A stretch of DNA of 61,032 bases. Source: a virus. Taxonomy: Duplodnaviria; Caudoviricetes. How positions within the stretch are numbered: the first letter of the stretch is position 1; every line of letters begins with the position of its first letter. The notes below the pieces were generated by a model. The model was not told the DNA's origin. It did not search any database and saw only the letters and a list, made by a program, of their open reading frames with translations. Shown here piece by piece: positions 46,099 through 56,164 of this stretch. The stretch covers positions 1-61,032 of the IMG/VR virus record IMGVR_UViG_3300032219_001145. One strand, given 5' to 3'. A program made the translations under genes and the position numbers.

Positions 46099-46809
46099 TC
46101 AGTTCGCCGATACAAAGTTGATGGTGAGAATCACTGACGGAATGGCGGGGCGCGTGGGGCTTGTTCCGGCGGCATAGTGCTGAATAAAGACGTTCAAATT
46201 ATCCGACCACCAGGCAACTTGCAAGTAGTCGTTGGTGGGGTCGTTTACAGTGAAAATACCAGTAATTGCTGGGACTATGTGGGACCAAATACTGGCGCTC
46301 TTACGGGCAGGTACATCAAAGCGAGTGTTGCTCAACGGGTAGTTGACACCAGTGTCCTTGGCCCATACCTCAAATTCAGCGGCTGTATTGCTGCGATTTG
46401 TTACCTGCAAGGTAAACGTCACCAGATACTGACCTGCGCAAGGAACCCTGATCCGTGAGCCGCTCTCCACGGTTATTCCGTTGGAAAACGCAGGGGCAAA
46501 CGTGAGCAGGTTCTCCGCTGTGATGCTGGCGTTTGTCTGGTCCTGGTCCGAGATCATCATTGCCTGGGGCAAGATGATGCCGTTGCTGTTCTGGAATCCA
46601 CGGATACCACCAGCAAACCCGCCTCCCGCTCCGCTGCCCATGGCCATCCACGTTGCAGCGCCAGCAGTGTTCTCACTGGTGACCGGCGTGTAGGTGGTGT
46701 TGAGTTGCAGAATGATCTGCTCAAGCGAACGAACCAACTGGTTGAACTGCTGCGGGTCGTAGCCTGACTGCGTTGCGTTGGGCAGGCGGACGTTGGTGAT
46801 CTTGCTCAT
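46099..46809 (-). CDS. Tail structural protein
   Basis: LPNA..YDPQQFNQL coiled N-terminus, beta-sandwich C-terminus ending RPAIPSVILT. Confidence 0.6.
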   Translation of the reverse strand: MSKITNVRLPNATQSGYDPQQFNQLVRSLEQIILQLNTTYTPVTSENTAGAATWMAMGSGAGGGFAGGIRGFQNSNGIILPQAMMISDQDQTNASITAENLLTFAPAFSNGITVESGSRIRVPCAGQYLVTFTLQVTNRSNTAAEFEVWAKDTGVNYPLSNTRFDVPARKSASIWSHIVPAITGIFTVNDPTNDYLQVAWWSDNLNVFIQHYAAGTSPTRPAIPSVILTINFVSAN

Positions 46810-48656
46810 CGCAGGCCGTCCGGCTGGATGTCCACCCGCAGCGTGCCGTAGCGCCACCATCCGCCCAACTCATCGCTTTCAATGCGCAATTGAATCTGGC
46901 GGCCGCGCGCGCGAGTGCTAACAAACTGCGTGGTCGGTGTGATCGCATAAGGGTCCAAAGAGCTTGCTACTGCAGAAGCCTGTGGATAGGCACGCAAAAG
47001 CAGTCGCACTATTAACTCTCCTACCTGACTCTTAAAGTCAGGGATGAACTTTTGCATCAGCAGCATCTGATCCCCGTCACCAAGATCGAAGTAGCCAGAA
47101 TATATAAAGGCGTCAATTGCCACGCCGTTGGCGTCCACACCGTCTTCCTGGTTGTACAGGTAACTGCGCCCTGCTGTGAGGCCGTAAATTGTGGTGATGG
47201 TGGCGTCGGTATCAAGCGGGTCATACTCTGTGGCCAGAGGTTTATCAAAGGTGCCAGTGTCGGTCCATGCCGTGCGGGACATAGTGCCCACTGACCAGAC
47301 GTTTTCCATGTAGTTGTAGGTCACAAAGCGGTTGACGTAGTCACTGCTCAATGACGGATAAAACCAGGTTACCTCGTTGAACTGGGTGTTGATGCCCACG
47401 TTCACAGCAGTCGCCTGTGCAATGTTTAGGTCTTCAAAAACATAGTCCTGCACGGTGCAGGGAATCTTTTTGACCGTGCCGTCAAACACGAAGAACGCAT
47501 CCTTGCTCATCCAATACGCCACGCCGTTGACGTCCGCAGCCGCGTGAGGCGCGAGGATGCCGCAGTTGGCACCCAGTTGCTGAAAGCCAAACGTGTAGGG
47601 AGGCCCAAGAAACTGCTGACCGTGGATAGACGTGTCTGTCCAAATCAGAATCTGACCACGTGAGCGCAGCGCCGAAATAATCTCGTTGCCGTCCGTGAGC
47701 CGTTGTCCGCCGGCCGTGTTGGTTGCAGTGGCAACAAAGTCGTTGATGTCCTCTTGCGAAGAAAAGCGCACAAACATCGGGTCCTGACTTGTCGGATCAC
47801 CCAACGTGGATTCCGTGCCAAGACACACCAGGTGGCGGTCAGGGGTGGATACCAGCGCAAACTTGGACTTAGTGGGCGCGCCGGAGATGGCCGTGGCCCG
47901 CGTTCCGATACCCGAGGTGGGATTCCACTCGTAGATGCCGCCATCAACCAACTGCAAAATAAGGAGCTGGCCAAAGTTGTCAAACTGCCAGACCCGGGCA
48001 AGCAACGCCAACGCAGCAGAAGCAGGACGGGGCGTGCCCCAGGTGCTCAAGCCCCACGTGCCTGTGCCCCAGCCAAAGTCAACATAGCTGATGTCGCTCC
48101 CGACGTTGATCTGATAGGTCGCGGTTGCCGCGCCGGCCGTCGCTACCGTGGAGGTCGCCGAGGTTGGGGAAACGATTGTGTAAGTGCCAGTGGTCAGGAC
48201 CTCTTGAATCTCAAACTCGTTTGTGAGGCTGGCATTGGTAATACCCCCTGGATTACCTGAGACGGCGCTGAACGTGACAAAGTCACCTTGCACCGCACCG
48301 TGGGTTGCGTCATTGACAACCACCGTGGTGCTGCCGTTGGTAGTGCTGAAAGTACATGCCCCCGTGGCCCGAATGGGGGTGATATCGGCCCACGCTCCGC
48401 CGTAAAACACATAGACCTTGCGGTTTGTTCCAAGGGCCGCGTAGGGCGAGCCCTCCAGATCGTTCCAGGTGAAGATATCACTGGCAGAACCTACAAAGCT
48501 CACCAGCGTGCTGCCAAACTGCGTCCACCCACCCATCTTCTCCGGCAGGCCGTAGCGAAAGCGCACGTAGTCGCTGTCGACCCAGCCGCCTTCAGCGCCG
48601 TACTCGGTGTTCTGTTTGTCGACGCCTGGCTTGAGAAAGAGCCGAAGAAGTGGCAT
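46806..48656 (-). CDS. Tail hub/nozzle (P22 gp10 / T7 gp12-like beta-propeller)
   Basis: KPGVDKQ..WVDSDYVRFRYGLPEKMGGW...RARGRQI; 616 aa, beta-rich. Confidence 0.7.
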   Translation of the reverse strand: MPLLRLFLKPGVDKQNTEYGAEGGWVDSDYVRFRYGLPEKMGGWTQFGSTLVSFVGSASDIFTWNDLEGSPYAALGTNRKVYVFYGGAWADITPIRATGACTFSTTNGSTTVVVNDATHGAVQGDFVTFSAVSGNPGGITNASLTNEFEIQEVLTTGTYTIVSPTSATSTVATAGAATATYQINVGSDISYVDFGWGTGTWGLSTWGTPRPASAALALLARVWQFDNFGQLLILQLVDGGIYEWNPTSGIGTRATAISGAPTKSKFALVSTPDRHLVCLGTESTLGDPTSQDPMFVRFSSQEDINDFVATATNTAGGQRLTDGNEIISALRSRGQILIWTDTSIHGQQFLGPPYTFGFQQLGANCGILAPHAAADVNGVAYWMSKDAFFVFDGTVKKIPCTVQDYVFEDLNIAQATAVNVGINTQFNEVTWFYPSLSSDYVNRFVTYNYMENVWSVGTMSRTAWTDTGTFDKPLATEYDPLDTDATITTIYGLTAGRSYLYNQEDGVDANGVAIDAFIYSGYFDLGDGDQMLLMQKFIPDFKSQVGELIVRLLLRAYPQASAVASSLDPYAITPTTQFVSTRARGRQIQLRIESDELGGWWRYGTLRVDIQPDGLR

Positions 48657-48889
48657 TATCTAAACCCTGCTGTTTTCTTTGCAATCTTTTTAGGCTGCGC
48701 TACAAACTGCTTTCCTGCCGCCTTGCCTTTGCGTTTGGCCTTGGTCGTGGCCGCATATTCAGCAGGAGACAAGGACTTGATTGCGGCCTCAGGTAAGTAG
48801 CGTTCCCCGGTCTTGCTCGAAGGCTTACCGGACTTAGTGCGCCACTTCTGCTCGCCCCAGTCTTTGAGGCTTTTTTGAGGGGCTTTCAA
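48656..48889 (-). CDS. Basic protein, DUF5872-like C-terminal half
   Basis: QKSLKDWGEQKWRTKSG..GERYLP; TTG start overlapping the upstream TGA. Confidence 0.65.
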   Translation of the reverse strand: MKAPQKSLKDWGEQKWRTKSGKPSSKTGERYLPEAAIKSLSPAEYAATTKAKRKGKAAGKQFVAQPKKIAKKTAGFR

Positions 48890-49113
48890 TCTCGGTACCC
48901 CCCGCCTGCGGCCCTGTACTTCTTGGCTACCAACTGTGCTTTTCTCGCGGACCACTGGCCCGCGCCTGTGCCCTGAGTAGCGGCAGATTTGACCTGGCTC
49001 ACGATCCGCTTGCGCAGCTCGGGCTTGGTATAGTTGCCGGCGGCATTGACACTGCCCCCTTTTTTAAGGGCGGCAGCTTTAGGCCTGGCAGGGTTTTTGG
49101 CCGGCTTCTTCAT
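48886..49113 (-). CDS. Basic protein, DUF5872-like N-terminal half
   Basis: NYTKPELRKRI..GQWSARKAQLVAKKY..GGGY. Confidence 0.7.
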   Translation of the reverse strand: MKKPAKNPARPKAAALKKGGSVNAAGNYTKPELRKRIVSQVKSAATQGTGAGQWSARKAQLVAKKYRAAGGGYRD

Positions 49114-49475
49114 GTGACGCGTCTCCATTCAGGTTTGCCGTCACCTCGGCTGAAGTGTGGCGTATCCAGAATCTTAATGCCGTTTCCGCCCCAGGAATTG
49201 AGCGGGTGCAGAGATTCCCAGTAGGCACCCAGCGGCGCGAGTATCTGCTTGTCGTAGATCAGCTTGCCGTTTTGGAAGAAGTTAAGGTCCACCGCCAGGC
49301 GCTTTAAGTGCAAGGAGTTCATGGTATTGCTGCGGCCTGTTTTGACGTAAACGGCTTGCTGTTCGGGCGTGCGGGCGAGTTCTCCGCCGGTGACCATAAA
49401 GCCCTGGGCAGACGCGTACTCCACGAGTCGGCACATGTCCCGCAAAAAGGCTGCTTGTTCTTGGCTCAGGCTCAT
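49110..49475 (-). CDS. Endolysin, M15-family peptidase
   Basis: RTPEQQ, SLHLKRLAVD, WGG..DTPHF. Confidence 0.85.
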   Translation of the reverse strand: MSLSQEQAAFLRDMCRLVEYASAQGFMVTGGELARTPEQQAVYVKTGRSNTMNSLHLKRLAVDLNFFQNGKLIYDKQILAPLGAYWESLHPLNSWGGNGIKILDTPHFSRGDGKPEWRRVT

Positions 49476-49984
49476 TTTGCGCTCCTCATTTCAGCCAGCT
49501 TCTCGACAGTGCGACCACCGAAGTACGCACCCATGATCAACATACCCCAGTTGCCCAGCAAGGTCACGTAGGACTCGTTGGCGTTGTAACCAAAGGCGGA
49601 CATCATGGCAAACAGGAAGTAGCCGCAAAAGATGGCAATCAGGCTCATAGGGCGGATGTTCTTGGACAGCCAGGAATCGGAGGACATGTCCGCCTTCCAT
49701 CGGTCTGTGATGTTTTGGGCATCGGACTGCGCAGCCTTTGCCAGCAGTTCCAACTCAGCCATTTCCAACTTGGCCTTCTCAATGCCCAGCTCCAAGAGGC
49801 GCTCTTCATGCTCATGTTCGAGCTGACGAAGTTTGCTGACCTCTTCCGGGCCGGGGTTATCTGAGATTTTTACGCCAAGCGCGTTTTCAACAACCTCCTT
49901 GCCCTTAGCCTGGATCGCGGAGGACAAAAGACCTAGGCCGTTTTGGGCCAAGGTTCCGAGCAATGATGCGACGATTGGAATCAT
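49472..49984 (-). CDS. Holin-like protein (3TM GTA-type)
   Basis: DSWLSKNIRP, two C-terminal TM helices, AYFGGRTVEK; adjacent to the endolysin. Confidence 0.75.
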   Translation of the reverse strand: MIPIVASLLGTLAQNGLGLLSSAIQAKGKEVVENALGVKISDNPGPEEVSKLRQLEHEHEERLLELGIEKAKLEMAELELLAKAAQSDAQNITDRWKADMSSDSWLSKNIRPMSLIAIFCGYFLFAMMSAFGYNANESYVTLLGNWGMLIMGAYFGGRTVEKLAEMRSAK

Positions 49985-50301
49985 TTGAGTTTCTCCATCC
50001 TGGTTTCGATGACCGCAATACTCTGGCGGTTGTATTGGATATCGTCCCGGTTCTTTTGTATCTCAGCCGAGAGTTCCTGGCGCAACCGCTCACGAGCCAA
50101 CTCTGCCCCTGTGTTGGTAGCCTGCTTGTTGTCGGAAGTGACAACCAGGCTGATCTTGCTGTTCAGGATGGTAACTTCATGGCTTAGGTTAGAAAGCGCC
50201 GACATGAGGTAGACCACGCAGGTAAACAACAGCGGCAGCACTGCAAAGGTGAGTTTTTCAATTAAAGCGCTCTTCGCACTTTCTTTTGCTTCTTCAGCCA
50301 T
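49981..50301 (-). CDS. Membrane protein with coiled coil (lysis region)
   Basis: One N-terminal TM helix followed by a coiled coil. Confidence 0.6.
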   Translation of the reverse strand: MAEEAKESAKSALIEKLTFAVLPLLFTCVVYLMSALSNLSHEVTILNSKISLVVTSDNKQATNTGAELARERLRQELSAEIQKNRDDIQYNRQSIAVIETRMEKLK

Positions 50302-50310
50302 TTTGGTTCC

Positions 50311-50523
50311 TTACATAGTTGCCCCCGATGCAGCAGGAACCGTCGTGATCTCAATCGCCACGGACTGTTTAAGGTCCAGTGGCTGCCCGCAATCGGCGCA
50401 GGCGTCTGCGTCGATCTCGGACTGATCCAGGTCGTAGCCGCACGCACCGCAGAGAACCTCTACAGCGTGTGCAGGCTCGATGCCGCCGTCAGGCAGCGTC
50501 CGTGACGGGCTCTGCAGTCTCAT
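50311..50523 (-). CDS. Small zinc-ribbon protein
   Basis: CGACG...CADCG. Confidence 0.55.
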   Translation of the reverse strand: MRLQSPSRTLPDGGIEPAHAVEVLCGACGYDLDQSEIDADACADCGQPLDLKQSVAIEITTVPAASGATM

Positions 50524-50674
50524 CGGGTTTTGCCATCTCTGGCACTTGGATTTGGGGCTGCACTTCCGCGTGAATGGCATTGACAATATGAAGCACATCG
50601 CCGCAGGGGCGATTACCCAGGTATTGCAGGATGCCGTTCACAAGTTGCAGGCTTACTTTAACGTCTTCATTCAT
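50489..50674 (-). CDS. Small tail-fibre-associated protein
   Basis: LQLVNGILQYLGNRP; GGAG RBS. Confidence 0.6.
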   Translation of the reverse strand: MNEDVKVSLQLVNGILQYLGNRPCGDVLHIVNAIHAEVQPQIQVPEMAKPDETAEPVTDAA

Positions 50675-50728
50675 GGATTTTTCTCCAAAGCATCGCTGAA
50701 GTGGGGCAGCGATGGAACCCCACAAACA

Positions 50729-51055
50729 TTATGCCGCAGGTGCCCAGGGCAAAGCCTGCGATGTCGGAGACACCGGAGGAGTGATCATGCTGTCAATCTG
50801 GCCCTGCACGCACGCTTGCATATTGCTCACGGTCTGCGGGTCAGCCCAACCAATTACTTGGGCTTGGGTCAGTTGAGCGTAGGGCGTAAACGCCTCGCCC
50901 TGTTCGATGGTGAACTGCTGATTGAACCCAATGTCGGCGGTGTATGCTCCGCTTACCCCGGTGATGAGATAGTTGACGTTCACGACGACATCGGTCTGCC
51001 CTGCCTCTTGAGGCAGCGTGTACATCTGGGTAACAGTGGTGGTAAAGGTAGTCAT
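50729..51055 (-). CDS. Tail-fibre-associated protein
   Basis: FTPYAQLTQAQVIGW...LPW; directly after the fibre gene. Confidence 0.65.
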   Translation of the reverse strand: MTTFTTTVTQMYTLPQEAGQTDVVVNVNYLITGVSGAYTADIGFNQQFTIEQGEAFTPYAQLTQAQVIGWADPQTVSNMQACVQGQIDSMITPPVSPTSQALPWAPAA

Positions 51056-51070
51056 GGTAAGTCCTTCAAT

Positions 51071-54000
51071 TTAAGGGTGGGTGGATTTATAGGCATCAAA
51101 CTCTGCCTTGAGTTCTTGGATTGCTTTAACCAAGTAGGGAACGAGATTCTGATTGATACCAAAAACGCGCCCGTCCTCGTCTACCCACTGCTTCTCTGCT
51201 TCATTGGCAGCATGGGTGATAACTTGGTCAGGCAAAACTTGCTGGTACTCTTGGGCAATAAAGCCTATTTCATGCTTGTCATTTTCTTTGTAGTCAAACT
51301 CAACGGGGCGCAAGGCAAGAATCTTGTCAAGGCCGCTTTCAACATCAACAATGTTCTTCTTGATGCGTTGGTCAGAAGTGGTTGACCATGATGCCGAATT
51401 GTTGCCTTGATAAACGCCGCCGCCGTTGGGGTTGATAAACCCTGTGTTGTTTCCTTTGCCTGCTACGTTAACACCAATAACATATTCATAAGACGATGCA
51501 GCATTAGATGCTTGGGCCGCATATCCAACGTAGATGTTGTTGCTGCCCGTAGTAAGCGAGGCTCCATCTTGACCAGCGGACGTACCTACAAAAGTATTGT
51601 TGCCGCCAGTAGTGAGGGACGCTGCCGAATTCATGCCCAACGAGGTGTTGTTATCACCCGTGGTCTTGTTATACATTGCAATATAACCAAGCGCGGTATT
51701 GTTAGTACCTGTGGTGTTTTTTTGTAACGCAGCGTAGCCAATAGCCGTATTATTATTTCCGGTGGTGTTGGCAAACAAGGCTTGGTAGCCCAATGCCGCC
51801 ATGTTACTTCCAGTAGTATTGGTATACCCCGATTGAAAACCAACAGCCACGTTAAGGTCAGTTGTGTTGCTTATCAGCGCAGCGTAACCAACTGCCACAG
51901 TGCCGTAGCCAGTCGTTATCCCCTTGCCTGCCTCAGCACCAAGTGCAGTGTTGTAATTACCAGTTGTACCTGAGTAACCCGCTTGGTAGCCGAGTGCGAC
52001 ATTGGACGTGCCCGTGCTATTTGTGTATTTGGCCTGATACCCCACAGCAGTGTTGCTGCTGGCGGTGGTGTTGGAGCCGAGCGCATATCCACCCAAAGCA
52101 GTATTTGAAGTTCCTGTGGTATTTGCTAGGCCAGATTGACCGCCAACAAACGTGTTGTTATAGCCTGTTGTAGTTGCTGAACCAGTGTTGTACCCAATGA
52201 AAACGCTTCCACTGGATTCTGTTGCAACCGACGGGTTATACAAATACCCTGCTCTATATCCCAACGCAGCCCCGCCAGTTTGAACAGTATTCGTATACAA
52301 GGCTTGATAACCAACTGCCGCACCACCGGCAGCGGTAGTCCCACTATACCCAGCCTGATACCCCACGGCGGTGTTGTTGCTGGCGGTGGTGTTTTGCGCT
52401 AAAGCCCCTGTGCCTACAGCAATGTTGTATGAGCCAGTGGTATTTGCCTGCAATGCGCCAGATGCGGCTTCATCATTTCCACCAACACCAGTATTGCCTG
52501 TTCCAGTGGTGTTCGTTTGCAATACAAATGCGCCAACAGCAGTGACGTGACCGGTGGTATTGTTCTGCCCAGCACCCTGCCCAACAGCGGTGTTTCTGCT
52601 TGCTGTGGTGTTTCCATTCAGTGCCACATAGCCCAGCGCCGTGTTACTTGTGCCGGTGCTGTTTGTATATAGCGCCTGAGTGCCCACTGCCGTGTTGTTG
52701 CTGGCAGTAGTATTGGAGCGGAGCGCGTTTGAACCCATCGCCACATTTGAACCGCCAGTAGTATTGGTCAGCATCGCTTGATAACCAAATGAACTGTTGT
52801 CGTTGGCAGTTGTGGTGTTGCGCTGCGACTCAAGACCAAAGGCACTGTGGTTAGAGCCTGTCGTGTTGCTTAGTAATGCATACGCACCCAACGCAGCGTT
52901 TGCAGTTCCGGTAGTATTTGTATACCCCGCCTGATAACCTACAGCGGTGTTGTTGCTGGCGGTGGTGTTGGAGTTTAGGGCTTGAGTTCCAAGGGCTACG
53001 TTGGATGAGCCTGTGGTATTGCTGTAAGCAGCCCGCCAACCTACAGCCACGTTGGAATCACCAGTGGTGTTGGCAGTAAGAGCGGTATACCCAACGGCGG
53101 TGAGGTTATTGGGAGTAGTGTTTGAGTAAAGAGCTTCGCGCCCCACTGCGGTGTTACCACTGCCAGTGGTATTTGACAATAGTGCAGTATGACCAACGGC
53201 GGTGTTATTGGAGCCAGTAGTGTTTGCCCCTGATGCGCCGTTACCAAAAGCTGAGTTTTGACTGCCAGTCGTGTTGAAATAAAGTGCGCCAACATTTGCG
53301 CCAACTGAACCAAACGCAGAATTTTGAAGGCCAGTTGTATTTGAAGCTAAAGCAATTGAGCCAAATGCGCTATTGCTAGAGCCTGTTGTATTGCTGCCCC
53401 CCGCGCTATAGCCTACCGCAGTGTTGTCGGAGGCGGTGGTGTTGGCTTGGAGTGCCGAGAGTCCTATTGCTGTGTTGTTGGAGCCGGTGGTATTGCTGTC
53501 CAGTGCTTGATAGCCAACAGCAACAAGCGAAGTGCCCGTTGTATTCGCGTAAGCAGCCTGATACCCTACAGCAGTGTTGCCGCTGGCGGTGGTGTTGGAG
53601 CGAAGTGCGTCATTTCCTACCGCTACGTTGTTTGCACCAGTTGTGTTTGAGTAAGCAGCCTGATATCCAACAGCTACATTGTTGCCAGCGGTGGTGTTGG
53701 AGCGAAGCGTGTCAGTTCCAATTGCAGTGTTGCCGCTCCCGCTAGTGTTTAATACCAAAGCTTCTCGACCAAAAGCAGAATTTGTTGTTCCGGTAGTATT
53801 GGTCACCATTGCAGTAGTTCCAACCGCAGTGTTATATATACCCGTGGTATTAGCCTGTAATGCTCGTTGACCAAATGCAGAATTGCTGCTTCCGGTTGTA
53901 TTTGCCGCTAATGCAAGATTACCAACCGTAGTACTTGTAGAATCAGCACCAGCGCCTCGGCCTACGGTGAGTCCGTAGATGTTGGCGTCCAGGCCTACAT

Positions 54001-54997
54001 AGAGCTTCTTGACAATGCCCATGCCGCCGTCCGTTTGGATCGAGCCGGTGGTCGTGCTGCTGGAGTCAGTCGTGCTGTCCACGGTCAACGCGCCGGTCAG
54101 CGTCTGATTACCACCTGCGGTGATGTTGCCGGCGATGAACAGGTTGCGGGGGCGGGTAGCGCCGCTGGCACCAATGTCGTAGGTGTTGTCGGTGAAGATC
54201 AGGTTGCTGGTGATCGTGCTGTTGATGGTCAGCGTGTCAGCGGAGGAGTCACCGACCGTCACGTTGCCGTTCAAATTCACGCCGCCCGTGAGCGTCAGCG
54301 TGCCGCCAACGGACAAGTTACCGCCCACGGTGGCAGCGCCGGCCAGATACAGGTTGCGGGGTCGCGTGGCCCCTGATGCCCCGATATCGTAGGTGTTGTC
54401 AGTGAAAATCAGGTTGCTGCCAATCGTGCCAGGCACAGTGATCAAGTCACCAGAAGCGTTGCCCAGAGCAACAGTGCCGTCCAGGGTGGTTGCACCAGAG
54501 GCGTTGAGCGTGGTGAACGCACCGGTGGAGGCGGAAGCTGCGCCAATGGGCGTGCCATCAATTGCGCCGCCATTGATGTCGACAAAGTCAAACATCTGAA
54601 TGACGTTGGTGCCGTCCACATACAGGTGTGCTTTGCGTCCATTGGTCACGGTAATGCCCGTGCCTGCGGAGGTCTTCACGGTAATGCTTTGACCGCCCGT
54701 GGTGTTGTTCTGAACAACGTACTGCTTCTCGATGGTCGGAACTATCAGCTCACGGGTGGCCGTCAGGCTGCCCGAAGACGTAGCGTTAAGGACCAAGGCC
54801 CGCGCTGTCTGTAGAGCAACGGTGTTGGTCAGGCTAATAGTCAGGTTGGCGTCTGTTGTAAAGACTGGATTGCCAAACCCCGTGATAGCCTGCTCAATGG
54901 CCGTGCCAATGTTGTCGTTGGTTGTAGTGCCCCAGGTGCCTGACTGCTCTCCAGTGCCAATCAGCTCAAATTTAAGGTCTGAATAGGTGCTTGCCAT
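51071..54997 (-). CDS. Tail fibre with 14-aa beta-solenoid repeats and C-terminal S74 intramolecular chaperone
   Basis: Dozens of NTAVGYQAxxxNTT repeats; TSDQRIKKNI...GFIAQE...LVKAIQEL. Confidence 0.88.
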   Translation of the reverse strand: MASTYSDLKFELIGTGEQSGTWGTTTNDNIGTAIEQAITGFGNPVFTTDANLTISLTNTVALQTARALVLNATSSGSLTATRELIVPTIEKQYVVQNNTTGGQSITVKTSAGTGITVTNGRKAHLYVDGTNVIQMFDFVDINGGAIDGTPIGAASASTGAFTTLNASGATTLDGTVALGNASGDLITVPGTIGSNLIFTDNTYDIGASGATRPRNLYLAGAATVGGNLSVGGTLTLTGGVNLNGNVTVGDSSADTLTINSTITSNLIFTDNTYDIGASGATRPRNLFIAGNITAGGNQTLTGALTVDSTTDSSSTTTGSIQTDGGMGIVKKLYVGLDANIYGLTVGRGAGADSTSTTVGNLALAANTTGSSNSAFGQRALQANTTGIYNTAVGTTAMVTNTTGTTNSAFGREALVLNTSGSGNTAIGTDTLRSNTTAGNNVAVGYQAAYSNTTGANNVAVGNDALRSNTTASGNTAVGYQAAYANTTGTSLVAVGYQALDSNTTGSNNTAIGLSALQANTTASDNTAVGYSAGGSNTTGSSNSAFGSIALASNTTGLQNSAFGSVGANVGALYFNTTGSQNSAFGNGASGANTTGSNNTAVGHTALLSNTTGSGNTAVGREALYSNTTPNNLTAVGYTALTANTTGDSNVAVGWRAAYSNTTGSSNVALGTQALNSNTTASNNTAVGYQAGYTNTTGTANAALGAYALLSNTTGSNHSAFGLESQRNTTTANDNSSFGYQAMLTNTTGGSNVAMGSNALRSNTTASNNTAVGTQALYTNSTGTSNTALGYVALNGNTTASRNTAVGQGAGQNNTTGHVTAVGAFVLQTNTTGTGNTGVGGNDEAASGALQANTTGSYNIAVGTGALAQNTTASNNTAVGYQAGYSGTTAAGGAAVGYQALYTNTVQTGGAALGYRAGYLYNPSVATESSGSVFIGYNTGSATTTGYNNTFVGGQSGLANTTGTSNTALGGYALGSNTTASSNTAVGYQAKYTNSTGTSNVALGYQAGYSGTTGNYNTALGAEAGKGITTGYGTVAVGYAALISNTTDLNVAVGFQSGYTNTTGSNMAALGYQALFANTTGNNNTAIGYAALQKNTTGTNNTALGYIAMYNKTTGDNNTSLGMNSAASLTTGGNNTFVGTSAGQDGASLTTGSNNIYVGYAAQASNAASSYEYVIGVNVAGKGNNTGFINPNGGGVYQGNNSASWSTTSDQRIKKNIVDVESGLDKILALRPVEFDYKENDKHEIGFIAQEYQQVLPDQVITHAANEAEKQWVDEDGRVFGINQNLVPYLVKAIQELKAEFDAYKSTHP

Positions 54998-55007
54998 GGT
55001 TTTTCCT

Positions 55008-55712
55008 TTACGTTGGGACCTGCGTCCAAATCACTGTATTTCCGTCATTGACAACGACCCAATTACCTGACTGTGAATCATCCACATTTTGCCAGTTAGG
55101 CGTCTGATTGTCATCTATTACACTCCAAATCAGTACGGTTCCAACCTGCCCCTGCGCAGAAACACCCGTGACAAAAACGTCCGCGTTGGCGGCTACCGTA
55201 ACGCTGCCAACTGATCCCGTGGCCTGCAGTCCTGTAACGGGCACATTCCCGGTTCCCTCAATGGACACTGAGCCAATAGCCATCGTGCCGGCAACACCGG
55301 TGACGGTGACGTTGGCATCTGCCTGGTGGTCAACCGAGCCTACCTGACCTGTCGCCTGCACGCCCGTAACGAACACGTCCGCGTTGGCGGCCACCGTAAC
55401 GCTGCCCAGGGCCATCGTGCCCTGCACGCCCGTGAGCGTGACATTCGCAGCGCCAGTCATGGTGACCTGGCCAACCTGGCCCGTTGCGCTTACCCCAGTA
55501 ACGCTGACATCAGCGTTGGCCGTGACGGTAACCGCACCCAAAAAGGCCGTTGCGCTGACCCCGGAAAGTAAAACGACCGCGTCAGCGGTCACCTGCACAG
55601 AACCTACGGCCCCAGTGGCTTTGATGTCAAGAACGCCCTCTCCCCAGGGCTGTTCGCCCCAGCCTACGCCGGATGCATTCCAGCCTTGAAAGGCAACAAC
55701 AACATCAGCCAC
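55008..55712 (-). CDS. Repeat-rich virion fibre/structural protein
   Basis: About 21-aa repeats of VTGVxATGxVGSVTV; Trp-Gly N-terminus. Confidence 0.7.
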   Translation of the reverse strand: MADVVVAFQGWNASGVGWGEQPWGEGVLDIKATGAVGSVQVTADAVVLLSGVSATAFLGAVTVTANADVSVTGVSATGQVGQVTMTGAANVTLTGVQGTMALGSVTVAANADVFVTGVQATGQVGSVDHQADANVTVTGVAGTMAIGSVSIEGTGNVPVTGLQATGSVGSVTVAANADVFVTGVSAQGQVGTVLIWSVIDDNQTPNWQNVDDSQSGNWVVVNDGNTVIWTQVPT

Positions 55713-55724
55713 ATGCGCTCCTCA

Positions 55725-56162
55725 TCAGGCAATGCGGATGATGGCACTGGTGGAATCGTTCGTTGGGAAGATGATGGTGAACGTGCCGCTGGTGGACGTT
55801 TTTGCACCGCCAAAGTCCAAAACGCAAACAGTAGGGTCGCCCGCAGCCGTATCGTTGTAAATTAACGCGCCAAAGGCCGTGATCGTGGCAGATGTGAACG
55901 ACAAGTCAGCAAAGTCCGTGAACGCGGTAGTTCCAGTGGACGTAGGCGTGACGTTGGTCAATGCGCCGCCACCTGCTACATACGAGCCCGATGCAGCCAC
56001 CTCATTGGTGGCCGTATAGGCGGTCGTTGCTGCAGTGAACGAGGCACTGTTGTCGTACAAGGCCAGCTTGAACGTATTGCCCGTGCTGGTTGTGAAATTG
56101 TGTACACCTTTCATCAACTCCACTTTGAAGCTGGTGCACATGAAATTGCCTGAAAATGCCAT
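55725..56162 (-). CDS. Conserved virion structural protein
   Basis: CTSFKVELM..HNF..FKLALY..GALIYN..VLDFG. Confidence 0.75.
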   Translation of the reverse strand: MAFSGNFMCTSFKVELMKGVHNFTTSTGNTFKLALYDNSASFTAATTAYTATNEVAASGSYVAGGGALTNVTPTSTGTTAFTDFADLSFTSATITAFGALIYNDTAAGDPTVCVLDFGGAKTSTSGTFTIIFPTNDSTSAIIRIA

Positions 56163-56164
56163 TT

